A stretch of DNA of 64,000 nucleotides from Candidatus Portnoybacteria bacterium RBG_19FT_COMBO_36_7 (GCA_001819495.1 MHMW01000028.1:69398-133397), one strand, 5' to 3'. Shown: positions 9,899 to 19,515, numbered from the stretch's first letter. A program made the numbers and translations. The notes: generated by a model not told the origin, from the sequence alone.

Positions 9899-10810
9899 AT
9901 GGATAATTTTGAAAAACAACAGACCATTGAAGCGATAAAGACGGTCATCAAGGCAAGATGGCTTTATGTTTTATTGATTCTTTTGCAGGCACTATTTATT
10001 AAAACTATAACCTTAAATAAAGTTGTTCCGCTTCCTTCTTTACCGCTTATTTTTTTGCTGTTTATTGCCATCTTTATTTTAAATTTTGGTTATTGGATTT
10101 ACTTTCGCAGACCATTTGAACGGGTGAAAGTTTTTCAATTGAAAATAATTAAATTTTCTCAGTTTATTATTGACCAGTTATCCATCTCGGCAATTTTATA
10201 CTTTTCTGGGACGGTCAATAAGATGCTCATTCTGGCTTATTTTGTGCCTTTAGTTTTTGCAGCTAGTTTATACCGGAGAAAAGGAGTTATTTTCGCCGCT
10301 GTTTCCGGAATTCTGCTTTTTAGTTTTTTGGTTATTTTAGAATATTTAGGAATAATCAAGCCTGGCACTCCAGAAGAAACAACGTTTGCGCGTTTTGTTA
10401 CCGGTGACAAGGTCTGGCTGCGCGGTGAATTAATTGGTTTTACTTTTTATTATTTTTGTGGGGCAGTAGCCGCTATTTATATGGCGGATTTGTTCAGAAA
10501 AAGAGAAGAAGAATTAAAAATAAAAAAAGATGAGCTAACCGGCAAAACAGAGATTCTGACAACGCAAACTCAGGAATTAACCAAAACCCGCGATTGGCTT
10601 CATGACGCTTTGATTAAATCTGATACCGCCAGATTAGAAATAAAAAAAACAAAAGATGAACTTCAAAAGACTAATGTTGAACTTCAGGCCAAAATCAACG
10701 AACTTGAAAAATATGGAGAAGTGACAACCGGCCGGGAACTCAAAATGATTGAATTGAAAGAGAAAATCAGGTTGCTTGAGGAAAAAATCGCAGAATTATA
10801 TAAAAAATAG
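9899..10810 (+). CDS. paralog 2 of the multi-TM coiled-coil family
   Basis: same architecture and conserved motifs (MDNFEKQQTIEAIK, FSGTVNKM, EKYGEVTTGRELKMIELKEKI). Confidence 0.8.
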   Translation: MDNFEKQQTIEAIKTVIKARWLYVLLILLQALFIKTITLNKVVPLPSLPLIFLLFIAIFILNFGYWIYFRRPFERVKVFQLKIIKFSQFIIDQLSISAILYFSGTVNKMLILAYFVPLVFAASLYRRKGVIFAAVSGILLFSFLVILEYLGIIKPGTPEETTFARFVTGDKVWLRGELIGFTFYYFCGAVAAIYMADLFRKREEELKIKKDELTGKTEILTTQTQELTKTRDWLHDALIKSDTARLEIKKTKDELQKTNVELQAKINELEKYGEVTTGRELKMIELKEKIRLLEEKIAELYKK

Positions 10811-10837
10811 CAAAAACAATCACTGGCCCCAATCAAA

Positions 10838-11761
10838 ATGGATATTTTTGAGAAACAGCAGACAATTGAAGCGATAAGGACAATTATTAAAGCTCGCTGG
10901 TTTTTTATTTTAGTAATTGTTCTCCAGGCATTAATCGTAAAGATATTTTTTCAGGAAACGCCTTTGGCGAGCGCCTCGCTGATTTTTTTAATGGTCGGCA
11001 CCAGCTTTTTGTATAACTTTATTTATTGGCTTTATCTCCGTCGGTCGCCAGAAAAAGTTAATGATTCGATACTGAAAATTATTAAATTTTTGCAGGGTTT
11101 TTTAGACCAGCTGGCATTTGGAACCGTGCTTTATTTTTCTGGTACAGCCAATAAGATGCTGATGATTACCTATTTTATAATTATTATAATCAGCATGGGT
11201 GTTTATGGGAAAAAAGGGATTATTCTTACAACTCTTTCTGGCATGGCTATTTATAACGGTTTGGTTACCATGGAATACTATAGGTTAATGCCGCAGTTTT
11301 CGCCAGAGGTTTTTTCTACCACCCCGTGGCAGCCGTTAGCCAGTAATCCTGATTTTGCCCAGAAGCAAATAATTGCTTTTAGCTTATATTTAATCTCAGC
11401 GGCAATGTTTGCAATATTTTTAGGTGATTTATTTAAAAAAAGAGAGAAGCGATTAGCCGATCAAAGAGACGATTTAATAAAAAAAAGTGGTCTTTTAACT
11501 GTTCAGACCCAGGAACTTACCAAGACCAAAGACTATCTCCACGAAGCTCTGACAAAATCAGATAAAGCCAGAACAGAACTCGAACATACCAAAGCTCAGC
11601 TGGAAAAAACCAATGCCGAATTAAAAGCTAAACTAGATGAAGTTGAAAAATATGGCCAGGTGACAACCGGCCGTGAATTGAAAATGGCGGAACTGAAAGA
11701 GAAGATTAAGTCCATGGAAGAAAGGATAAGAGAATTAGAACAACAAATAACTGATAAATAA
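10838..11761 (+). CDS. paralog 3 of the multi-TM coiled-coil family
   Basis: MDIFEKQQTIEAIR; FSGTANKM; QTQELTKTKDYLHEALTKSDKAR; EKYGQVTTGRELKMAELKEKI. Confidence 0.8.
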   Translation: MDIFEKQQTIEAIRTIIKARWFFILVIVLQALIVKIFFQETPLASASLIFLMVGTSFLYNFIYWLYLRRSPEKVNDSILKIIKFLQGFLDQLAFGTVLYFSGTANKMLMITYFIIIIISMGVYGKKGIILTTLSGMAIYNGLVTMEYYRLMPQFSPEVFSTTPWQPLASNPDFAQKQIIAFSLYLISAAMFAIFLGDLFKKREKRLADQRDDLIKKSGLLTVQTQELTKTKDYLHEALTKSDKARTELEHTKAQLEKTNAELKAKLDEVEKYGQVTTGRELKMAELKEKIKSMEERIRELEQQITDK

Positions 11762-11764
11762 AAA

Positions 11765-12691
11765 ATGGACAATTTTGAGAAACAGCAGACAATTGAAGCG
11801 GTAAAAATGGTCATTAAAGCCAGGTGGTTTTATGTTTTGACCATTGTGCTTCAGGGCGCGGTTATAAAAATTTGGTTTCCTAGCGTTCCTTTGCCTACTT
11901 CGTTTTTGATTTTTCTGGTTGTGATTATTGTTTTTTTGATAAATTTTGGTTTTTGGGTATATCTTCGCCGGTCGCCGGAAAAAATCAACAATTTTACCTT
12001 AGAAGTCATTAAATTTTCCCAGGTGCCTTTGGAGCAATTTGGATTGGCCGCCATTCTTTATTTTTCAGGTACGGCCAATAAAATGCTTTTGATGATGTAT
12101 ATTATTCCGATTATGGTGGGCAGCGCTCTTTATAGGATAAAGGGAATAATTTTATCTGCTTTTTCCACAATGATTTTATACAGCGGCTTGGTTTTTTTGG
12201 AATATTTAGGGTTAATGCCTTATTTATCCCCTGAAGCCGCCGTCCAGTCAACAGGCAAGGTTTTAAGAGGAGAATGGTATTTGGTTAAAGGCCATATTAT
12301 AGGGTTTAACTTATATATAATCGGTGCTTCTTTTTATGCGGCTTATCTTGCTAATTTATTCAAACGCCGTGAGAAAAATCTTGTATTGCAGAAAAATGAT
12401 TTAGCTCAAAAAACTCAAGCGCTTATGATTCAGGCCGAGGAGCTTGAGAAAACTAAGAATTATCTTCATGAAGCCTTGGTTAAATCAGACAAAGCCAGAG
12501 CGGATCTTGAACAAATTAAATCAGAGATAGAAAAAGCTAATTCCGAATTGAAAATAAAAATCAACGAGCTTGAAAAATACAGCCAGGTGACCACCGGCCG
12601 GGAACTCAAGATGATTGAACTGAAAGAGGAAATAAAAAACCTCAAAGAAACCATCGGAAATTTAAAAAGTCAATTAGTTTCTGACAAATAA
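11765..12691 (+). CDS. paralog 4 of the multi-TM coiled-coil family
   Basis: MDNFEKQQTIEAVK; FSGTANKM; EKYSQVTTGRELKMIELKEEI. Confidence 0.8.
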   Translation: MDNFEKQQTIEAVKMVIKARWFYVLTIVLQGAVIKIWFPSVPLPTSFLIFLVVIIVFLINFGFWVYLRRSPEKINNFTLEVIKFSQVPLEQFGLAAILYFSGTANKMLLMMYIIPIMVGSALYRIKGIILSAFSTMILYSGLVFLEYLGLMPYLSPEAAVQSTGKVLRGEWYLVKGHIIGFNLYIIGASFYAAYLANLFKRREKNLVLQKNDLAQKTQALMIQAEELEKTKNYLHEALVKSDKARADLEQIKSEIEKANSELKIKINELEKYSQVTTGRELKMIELKEEIKNLKETIGNLKSQLVSDK

Positions 12692-12713
12692 ATTTTAATA
12701 AAAAAATAAATTT

Positions 12714-13718
12714 ATGAGCAATAGAAAAATATTTTTTATCTTAATGATTTTTTTATTTGCCTTGGCCGCTGTATTTTTTTTGATAGTCAATCCGTTTGGC
12801 GAAAGAAAAGAATCTAAGATTTTTCATGTTGGGCTGCTGCAGATGGCTTCAACCGTCAATGCCAATATAGAAGGTTTTAAAGCCGGTATGGAAGAGCTGG
12901 GATACGAAGAAGGCATAAATATTTTATATGATTATAAGAATGCGGAAGGAGATATGGATCTGACCAAAAAATACGCAAAGGAGATAGTGGCCAAAAACCC
13001 GGATCTGATTTTCACCAATACTTCTCCGGCAACCCAGGCAATAAAGGATGAAACCGCGAGCAAAAACATTCCTGTTGTTTTTTCTATGGTCGCTGACCCG
13101 GTAGGGGCTGGTTTTGTTGCCAGTATTCAGAGTTCCGGAAATAATCTTTGCGGCACCAGCTGCGCTTATATTGACATCGCGCCAAAAAGATTGGAATTTT
13201 TAAAGGAAGCATTTCCTGGTATCAAAAAAGTGCTGGTTTTTTATCGGCCAGAAGACAAATCCGGCGCTCCGGCGACCGAAGCGATAAAAAAAGCCGGTCA
13301 AAAATTAGGAATAAAAATAATAGATAAGCCCATTTCCAACTCGGATGAAATAAAATCGGTGCTGGAGGCTTTGGCGCCAGGCGATGTAGACGCTTTAATG
13401 GATCCGGCCGATTCCATGGTAACGGCCAATGTTGATTCATTGGTCATGGCTTCGCGGAGGCTAAAGATTCCTCTAATAATGATGAGCGACCTGGAAGCAG
13501 AGAAAGGAGCAACTATTACTTATGGCGTAGATTATTCTGACTTAGGGAAACAGTCGGCTTATATTGCTGATAAAATCCTTAAAGGAGCAGAGCCGGCTGA
13601 AATTCCGATCGAGATGCCAAGAAAATTTCGGATAGTTATGAACTTGAAAGTAGCCAGCGAGATTGGCCTTGAAATATCAGACGATGCGATTATTAGAGCA
13701 AGCCGAAAAATAGATTAA
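12714..13718 (+). CDS. ABC-transporter-type substrate-binding protein (ABC_sub_bind / COG2984-like)
   Basis: N-terminal signal/anchor helix; periplasmic binding-protein fold of the family commonly encoded next to sensor kinases; directly upstream of a histidine kinase. Confidence 0.65.
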   Translation: MSNRKIFFILMIFLFALAAVFFLIVNPFGERKESKIFHVGLLQMASTVNANIEGFKAGMEELGYEEGINILYDYKNAEGDMDLTKKYAKEIVAKNPDLIFTNTSPATQAIKDETASKNIPVVFSMVADPVGAGFVASIQSSGNNLCGTSCAYIDIAPKRLEFLKEAFPGIKKVLVFYRPEDKSGAPATEAIKKAGQKLGIKIIDKPISNSDEIKSVLEALAPGDVDALMDPADSMVTANVDSLVMASRRLKIPLIMMSDLEAEKGATITYGVDYSDLGKQSAYIADKILKGAEPAEIPIEMPRKFRIVMNLKVASEIGLEISDDAIIRASRKID

Positions 13719-13760
13719 AAATTTTAATCTTCACTAAACAAATATTAAAGTCGCCAAAAA

Positions 13761-16112
13761 ATGATTTTTAAGATGCCGAAAATAAAACTAGGGAATAAAA
13801 TTGCTCTTATCTATTTTGTTTTGGGATTTGCGACGATTATCGCAGTCAGTCTTATCTGGTTTTTGCCCTCGCTGAGCGAGACAAAAACAAATGCGGCCAG
13901 GGTCCAGCTTGAAATAGCCAGACGAGGAGCGCAAGAAATCAGTTCTTTTATAGACTACAAACTGGATTCACTCCAAAAGCTAAGCTTTTTTATGGAGCCC
14001 GAAGAGACGGAAAAAAATCGGGAGATTTTCAACAGGTTTATGCAGAAAGACCAGTCTTTTTTTGAGATAACTTTAATTGGCGAAACAGGGAGAGAACAGA
14101 TTAAGGTTTCGCAATTTGATATTTTTACGGAAGCGGACATGGCCGACCGCAGCAAAGAAGAATATTTTCAGATGACGCTTGAAGGATCCTATCTTATCAG
14201 CCAAGTTTTTTTCAATGAAATGGCCGAGCCTTACCTGGTTTTGGCCGTTCCGGTTTTTTCTTTTCCAAAAGGGGCGGTAATATTGGCAAAATTTAAACTG
14301 GCAGAGATGTGGCAGATTGTTTCTTCTCTTAAGGCCGGATTACAAAGCCGCGCGTTTGTTGTTGATAATGAAGGAAAGCTGATTGCCGATTCTAACCCTT
14401 CATTGGTTTTAAAAAATATAAATCTGGCGGATTTGCCGCCGGTTAAAAAAATAATTGAAAACAATCTTATTGTCGACGGATTGAGCCCTGAAGACAGTTA
14501 TTTGAACGATCAAAGCCAGACGGTTTTATCGGTTGGCGTGCCAATGGAAAAATTAGGCTGGGGGGTTATTATTGAGCAACCAGAAGAAGACGCGTACAGC
14601 GCGTTGGGCAATAAAATAACTGCTTTCGTTCTTATATTTTTATTAGGAGGTGTTTCGATTTTTTTTGTCGGCCGGCTTTTGGTCATTTATCTTTTCGGGC
14701 CGATGAATAAACTGGAGAAAGGCGCAAAAATCATTGGGGCGGGAAATCTTGACTACCGATTGAATATTAGGACAGGAGATGAAATTGAGGAGCTGGCCCA
14801 ATCTTTCAATGAAATGGCCAGTCAATTGAAGGAATTTTATACCGATTTAGAGCATAAAGTTGACGAAAGGACATCGGAGCTAAAAAGTCAACGAAACAAA
14901 CTTGATCAATCTTCTAAAAAACTGATTGACAGGGAAATCGTTCTTGGTGAGGTTAAAAAACAACAAGAAAAAGCGCTCCAAGAAGCAACCAAGGCCAGGC
15001 ATAAAGCAGAAGAAGCCAGAATCGCTAGTTTGAATATTTTAGAGGATATTGACGAGGCCAGAAAAGCTCAAGAAGACGAAAAGAACAAGATCGAGGCGGT
15101 ATTAAGAAGTTTAACTGACGGTTTGATAATGCTGGACCAATTTGGCTGGGTTTCTTTGATCAACGTTGAAGCGGAATTAATGCTGAATTTAAAGAAAGAA
15201 GATATCGTTTCAAAAAGGCTCGGAGAAATAACCAATCCGAATATCAAAAAAATAGACGATCTTATCAGGACTAAAGAAGAAGATGTTGAAAAAACAGAAA
15301 TCCAGTTAGACGGTTTTGACGAAAGGATCCTAGAAATCAGTACAGCGCCGGTCATCGGGATTAATAAAAAAATCTTGGGTCAGATTATAATTTTGCATGA
15401 TATTACGCGCGAAAAAGCCGTTGAAAGGATGAAAACGGAATTTGTCACGATTGCTGCTCATCAGTTGCGTACACCGCTGTCGGCCGTCAAATGGACGCTG
15501 CGGCTTATCCTAGACGGTGATATAGGTAAGATCACTGAAGAGCAGGCAGAAACCCTTCAGAAAGGATATCTGAGCAATGAGAGGATGATTAGTTTGGTTA
15601 ATGATCTGCTTAATATTACCAGGATCGAAGAAGGAAGATTCATTTTCGGATTTTTAAAGACTCCTTTCGTTTCTTTAATTCAGGAAACAATTGATAACTT
15701 TCAGGTGCTAGCCAACATGAAAAATATTAAAATAAAATTTGAAAAGCCGAAGAATGATATTGAAATCCTGGCTGACAAAGAAAAAATTAAGCTGGCTTTG
15801 CAAAATCTGATGGAAAATGCCATCAATTATTCGCCTTCAGGAAGCGACGTGACAATTTCGCTTGATTGGGATAATATTAATTTGACGTTCAGCGTTGCCG
15901 ATAAAGGAATGGGAATTCCTAAAAAACAGCAGGAAAGGATTTTTACTAAATTTTTTAGAGGTGAAAATGCAATAAGAACGGAAACCGAAGGCACGGGCCT
16001 TGGTCTTTTCTTGACTAAGAACATCATAGAGAAGCATGGAGGCAAGATCTGGTTTGAAACCGAGGAGAATAAGGGATCAGTATTCTTTTTTTCACTGCCA
16101 TTAGCTAAATAA
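13761..16112 (+). CDS. sensor histidine kinase (extracytoplasmic sensor domain, TM, HAMP, coiled coil, PAS-like, HisKA, HATPase_c)
   Basis: H-box IAAHQLRTPLSAV; N/G boxes LQNLMENAINYS and GTGLGLFLTKNIIEKHGG; two TM segments flanking a ~270-aa periplasmic domain; post-HAMP ERTSELKSQRNKL. Confidence 0.9.
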   Translation: MIFKMPKIKLGNKIALIYFVLGFATIIAVSLIWFLPSLSETKTNAARVQLEIARRGAQEISSFIDYKLDSLQKLSFFMEPEETEKNREIFNRFMQKDQSFFEITLIGETGREQIKVSQFDIFTEADMADRSKEEYFQMTLEGSYLISQVFFNEMAEPYLVLAVPVFSFPKGAVILAKFKLAEMWQIVSSLKAGLQSRAFVVDNEGKLIADSNPSLVLKNINLADLPPVKKIIENNLIVDGLSPEDSYLNDQSQTVLSVGVPMEKLGWGVIIEQPEEDAYSALGNKITAFVLIFLLGGVSIFFVGRLLVIYLFGPMNKLEKGAKIIGAGNLDYRLNIRTGDEIEELAQSFNEMASQLKEFYTDLEHKVDERTSELKSQRNKLDQSSKKLIDREIVLGEVKKQQEKALQEATKARHKAEEARIASLNILEDIDEARKAQEDEKNKIEAVLRSLTDGLIMLDQFGWVSLINVEAELMLNLKKEDIVSKRLGEITNPNIKKIDDLIRTKEEDVEKTEIQLDGFDERILEISTAPVIGINKKILGQIIILHDITREKAVERMKTEFVTIAAHQLRTPLSAVKWTLRLILDGDIGKITEEQAETLQKGYLSNERMISLVNDLLNITRIEEGRFIFGFLKTPFVSLIQETIDNFQVLANMKNIKIKFEKPKNDIEILADKEKIKLALQNLMENAINYSPSGSDVTISLDWDNINLTFSVADKGMGIPKKQQERIFTKFFRGENAIRTETEGTGLGLFLTKNIIEKHGGKIWFETEENKGSVFFFSLPLAK

Positions 16113-16206
16113 AAATAAAACAATGCCAATATCATGCGAATGATATTCAAATGACGCGAATATATCTGCGGCATTTGTATCCGTTCGTAGATTTACATTA
16201 TATTTT

Positions 16207-17034
16207 ATGAAGAAAATTTTAATAATTGAAGACGAAAAAGTCCTTTTGGAGATTCTAGAAAAGAAGTTAACAGCGCAGGGATACGAAGTGGTGGTTGCCA
16301 AAGACGGGGAAGAAGGTTTAAATAAAATGAAAGAGTCAAAACCGGATCTTATTTTGCTAGATATTATTATGCCGAAAATGGATGGCTTTGAGGTTTTGAC
16401 CGAGATGAACAAAAATGGGGCACTTTCAGAAATCCCAGTTATTATTATTTCAAATTCGGGTCAGCCGGTTGAAATTGACAGAGCGCTTAAGCTGGGTGTT
16501 AAGGATTATCTGATAAAAACGGAATTTAACCCGGAAGAAGTGATTGCTAAGGTTATTAAAATATTCGGTGAAGCTCCGGCAATGCCGGAAAAAAAAGATT
16601 TGTCAGGGTCCGAAAGCAAGGAAAAATCAATGGGAAAAAAAAGGAATAATTCAGGCAATAAGATTCTGATTGTTGAAGACGATAAGTTTCTGCGCGACTT
16701 GATCATCAAAAAATTAAAAAATGAGGGCTATGAAACTGTTTTTGCTGTCGGCGGAGAGGAAGGGTTGAAGAAAATAGAAGAAGAAAGACCGTCTTTGGTG
16801 CTTCTCGATCTTATCTTGCCGGGAATTGACGGATTTGAGGTATTAAAACAGGTGAAAAGTAATTCTTCCGATGAGATCAAAAATATCCCGGTGATAATTT
16901 TGAGCAATTTGGGTCAGCAAGATGATGTGAAAAAAGGCATTAATCTGGGCGCAGTTGATTTTTTAATAAAAGCCCATTTTACGCCAAGTGAGATTATTGA
17001 TAAAATAAAGCAGGTCTTGAAAGAAAAAAAATAG
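16207..17034 (+). CDS. response regulator with two tandem receiver domains and no output domain
   Basis: REC1: ILIIEDEKV ... LILLDIIMPKMDGFEVL. REC2: ILIVEDDKFL ... LVLLDLILPGIDGFEVL. No DNA-binding or enzymatic domain. Confidence 0.85.
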   Translation: MKKILIIEDEKVLLEILEKKLTAQGYEVVVAKDGEEGLNKMKESKPDLILLDIIMPKMDGFEVLTEMNKNGALSEIPVIIISNSGQPVEIDRALKLGVKDYLIKTEFNPEEVIAKVIKIFGEAPAMPEKKDLSGSESKEKSMGKKRNNSGNKILIVEDDKFLRDLIIKKLKNEGYETVFAVGGEEGLKKIEEERPSLVLLDLILPGIDGFEVLKQVKSNSSDEIKNIPVIILSNLGQQDDVKKGINLGAVDFLIKAHFTPSEIIDKIKQVLKEKK

Positions 17035-17038
17035 CAGA

Positions 17039-18091
17039 ATGAAAAAGAAGCACCGTTTGATTATATTGAAAGCAGTTTTTGCCGCGGCCTTTATTTTAGG
17101 CCTCTTTTTGATTTGGGAAAAAAGGTCAGTTTTTACAATTATTCCTGAACAAGCAGGTCAGGACAACAGAGAAGAAGAGATGATTGATGAACCAAGCGGG
17201 CTAAAAAGTCCGATTTCAGGCGTTGCCTGTGAAAATGCAAAGCGTCGGCCAATCGCTGTTATGCTTGGAGGAGATACAGTAGCCAGGCCTCTTTCTGGCA
17301 TCGGGGAAGCAGACCTGGTTTTTGAGATGCAGGTGATTGAAGGAAGTATTACTCGTTTAATGGCCGTGTTTGTCTGTGCTGACCCAGGGCAAATCGGGGC
17401 GGTCAGGAGCGCCAGGCACGATTTTATTCCTTTGGCCAATGGTTTCGACGCGATCTACGCCCATTGGGGCGGCTCCCACTTTGCTTTGGATAAACTAAAG
17501 ACCGGTATTGCTGATAATATAGATGCCCTGCCTAATCTATACAGCGCTTTTTATAGACAAAGCGGCATTGTTGCGCCACATAACGGTTTTACTTCAACAA
17601 GCCGATTGTTAAATGCGGCTGAAAAACTTAGTTATCGGACAACCGGAAAATTTATTGGTTATTATCATATGACAGAAAAGGAGACTGCCTTGCATGGACA
17701 GGAAAATAAAATCTTGCGCATAAGCTACGCGCCGCCTTTCAATATCGGTTATGAGTATAGCCCGAAAAAAAACTCTTATCTGCGTTTCCGCGGCGGCACC
17801 AAAGAAATTGATAAAAATACCGGCAATCAGATTGAGGCGAAAAACATTGTTGTCATGCGGGCTATTTCCCAGCCGCTTGAAGGGCAATATAATGATGTTC
17901 AAGTTGAAGGGGAAGGTAAAGCAGAGTATTATTTAAACGGACACAAAAAAGACGGCAAATGGAAAAAAGATAAAAGCGACGTGAGCAGCAAACTCTATTT
18001 TTACGATAAAGAAGGAGAAGAAATTAAATTCGTGCCCGGTTCAATCTGGATTGAGATAGCTGACCCTGGCATGGCGATAACTTGGGAATGA
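17039..18091 (+). CDS. DUF3048-family protein (YerB-like), membrane-anchored
   Basis: N-terminal TM helix; RPIAVMLGGDTVARPLSGIGEADLVFEMQVIEGSITRLMAVF resembles the DUF3048 N-domain signature. Confidence 0.6.
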   Translation: MKKKHRLIILKAVFAAAFILGLFLIWEKRSVFTIIPEQAGQDNREEEMIDEPSGLKSPISGVACENAKRRPIAVMLGGDTVARPLSGIGEADLVFEMQVIEGSITRLMAVFVCADPGQIGAVRSARHDFIPLANGFDAIYAHWGGSHFALDKLKTGIADNIDALPNLYSAFYRQSGIVAPHNGFTSTSRLLNAAEKLSYRTTGKFIGYYHMTEKETALHGQENKILRISYAPPFNIGYEYSPKKNSYLRFRGGTKEIDKNTGNQIEAKNIVVMRAISQPLEGQYNDVQVEGEGKAEYYLNGHKKDGKWKKDKSDVSSKLYFYDKEGEEIKFVPGSIWIEIADPGMAITWE

Positions 18092-18100
18092 TTTTAGGCT

Positions 18101-19054
18101 ATGATTATTTTTCTCTACGGTCCGGATTCATACCGGTCCAATCAAAAATTAAAAGAAATAATTAAGAATTATAAGGCCAAACATAAAAGCGGGCTGAATT
18201 TTCAGTCGTTTGACTGGTCGAGCAGCGCTCTGAACGATATAAAAAATATTTTGTCTTCTGTTTCAATGTTTGACGAAAAAAAATTAATCGTTGTCAAAAA
18301 TGCCTGCGGCGCAGCCAAAGATAATCAGGGGAAAATGATAGAAATACTGAAGGAAAAGAAAGCGTTGCAAGACGAGAGCGTTATAATCTTGTTTTTTGAA
18401 GCGGCAAAACCCGAAAAAAGCGAACTTTTTAGCTGGCTGGCCAGGCATGTCAGAATGGTTGAATGTTTTGAAAGTCTGATTGGTGCTAAGCTTGTCAATT
18501 GGGTAAAAAAAGAAATCGAGAAAGCGGGCAGCCTGATCGAAGCCGAGGCGCTTGAAAAACTGGTCAGTTTTATCGGCGCTGATCTTTGGCAGATGCATAA
18601 TGAAATTGATAAGTTGGTTAGTTTTAAGGCTGGCGAGCCGATAACCGAAAATGACGTGGACTTGTTTATTCGTTCAAAATACGACACCAATATTTTTGCT
18701 ATGATTGACGCTTTGGCCGCGCGCAATAAAAACTTAGCTTATAAATTAATGCACCAGCACCTAAGCTTGGGAGAAAATGAAATATATATTCTGACTATGT
18801 TTATTTATCAATTCAGGAACTTACTGCAGATAAAAAATTTGATTGATGCTGGAATTTCTTACGATGCCTTGGCTAAAAAAACAGGACTACACCCTTTTAT
18901 CATAAAGAAATCATGGCCGCAATTGAAAAATTTCAGCCAGGATATTTTGAAAAAGATTTACGACAGGCTGCTTAGCATAGATATCGGGATTAAGCGCGGG
19001 CATATCGAGCCACAGACAGCGCTGGATTTAGTGGTAGGGGAAATAGCGGGATAG
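18101..19054 (+). CDS. holA: DNA polymerase III delta subunit
   Basis: start IIFLYGPDSY and overall length/helical C-terminus typical of HolA. Confidence 0.7.
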   Translation: MIIFLYGPDSYRSNQKLKEIIKNYKAKHKSGLNFQSFDWSSSALNDIKNILSSVSMFDEKKLIVVKNACGAAKDNQGKMIEILKEKKALQDESVIILFFEAAKPEKSELFSWLARHVRMVECFESLIGAKLVNWVKKEIEKAGSLIEAEALEKLVSFIGADLWQMHNEIDKLVSFKAGEPITENDVDLFIRSKYDTNIFAMIDALAARNKNLAYKLMHQHLSLGENEIYILTMFIYQFRNLLQIKNLIDAGISYDALAKKTGLHPFIIKKSWPQLKNFSQDILKKIYDRLLSIDIGIKRGHIEPQTALDLVVGEIAG

Positions 19055-19095
19055 TTCAAATTTTAAAGTTAAAAGTTCAAAGTCAAAAACAAAAA
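19054..19095. repeat. heptamer array (GTTCAAA TTTTAAA GTTAAAA GTTCAAA GTCAAAA ACAAAAA)
   Basis: 6 tandem 7-nt units immediately followed by a GC hairpin terminator. Confidence 0.65.
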
Positions 19096-19096
19096 T

Positions 19097-19120
19097 CCGC
19101 CTTTTAGGCGGTATTTTTGT
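19097..19120. terminator. bidirectional intrinsic terminator between holA and rpsT
   Basis: CCGCC-TTTTA-GGCGG hairpin flanked by an A-run on the left and a T-run on the right. Confidence 0.6.
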
Positions 19121-19375
19121 TTATTTATTAAGAAGTTTCATTAAGCGGGATTTTTTTCGGGCGGCCGTATTTTTCTTGATAACGCCTCTTTTAGCCGCTT
19201 TATCAAGTGCCTGATAGGCAGAAGCCATCAGTTTTTTAGCTTCGTCTCTATTTGTTAAAGCCAGTTTTTTGATTTTTTTTGTTATGTCTTTGACCGCTTT
19301 GGCGCGCGCCAAATTAAGCACTCGGTGCTTTTTTGCCTGTCTTAATGCTTTTTTCGCAGATTCTTTTATTGGCAT
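19121..19375 (-). CDS. rpsT: 30S ribosomal protein S20
   Basis: MPIKESAKKALRQAKKHRVLNLARAKAVK: canonical bS20. Confidence 0.9.
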   Translation of the reverse strand: MPIKESAKKALRQAKKHRVLNLARAKAVKDITKKIKKLALTNRDEAKKLMASAYQALDKAAKRGVIKKNTAARKKSRLMKLLNK

Positions 19376-19383
19376 GAAAAATA

Positions 19384-19411
19384 GTTGAAAGTTTAAAGTT
19401 AAAAGTGAAAA
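19384..19411. repeat. heptamer array (GTTGAAA GTTTAAA GTTAAAA GTGAAAA) followed by a GC-rich imperfect hairpin
   Basis: 4 tandem 7-nt units, then CCCCGCCTTCGC...GCGAGGCGAGG. Confidence 0.6.
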
Positions 19412-19515
19412 GTTCCCCGCCTTCGCTAAAGCTGAGGCGAGGCGAGGGAGGTCGAAAATTTATTCTGGATTAGCATAGAAAATATATCAGAAAATCGGAT
19501 TTTTAGCAAGTTTTT

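Noticed and set aside
19054-19095. Heptamer arrays as possible CRISPR arrays
   Set aside because: Units are 7 nt and contiguous with no spacers. No cas genes are in the window, and there is no 25-40-nt repeat periodicity.
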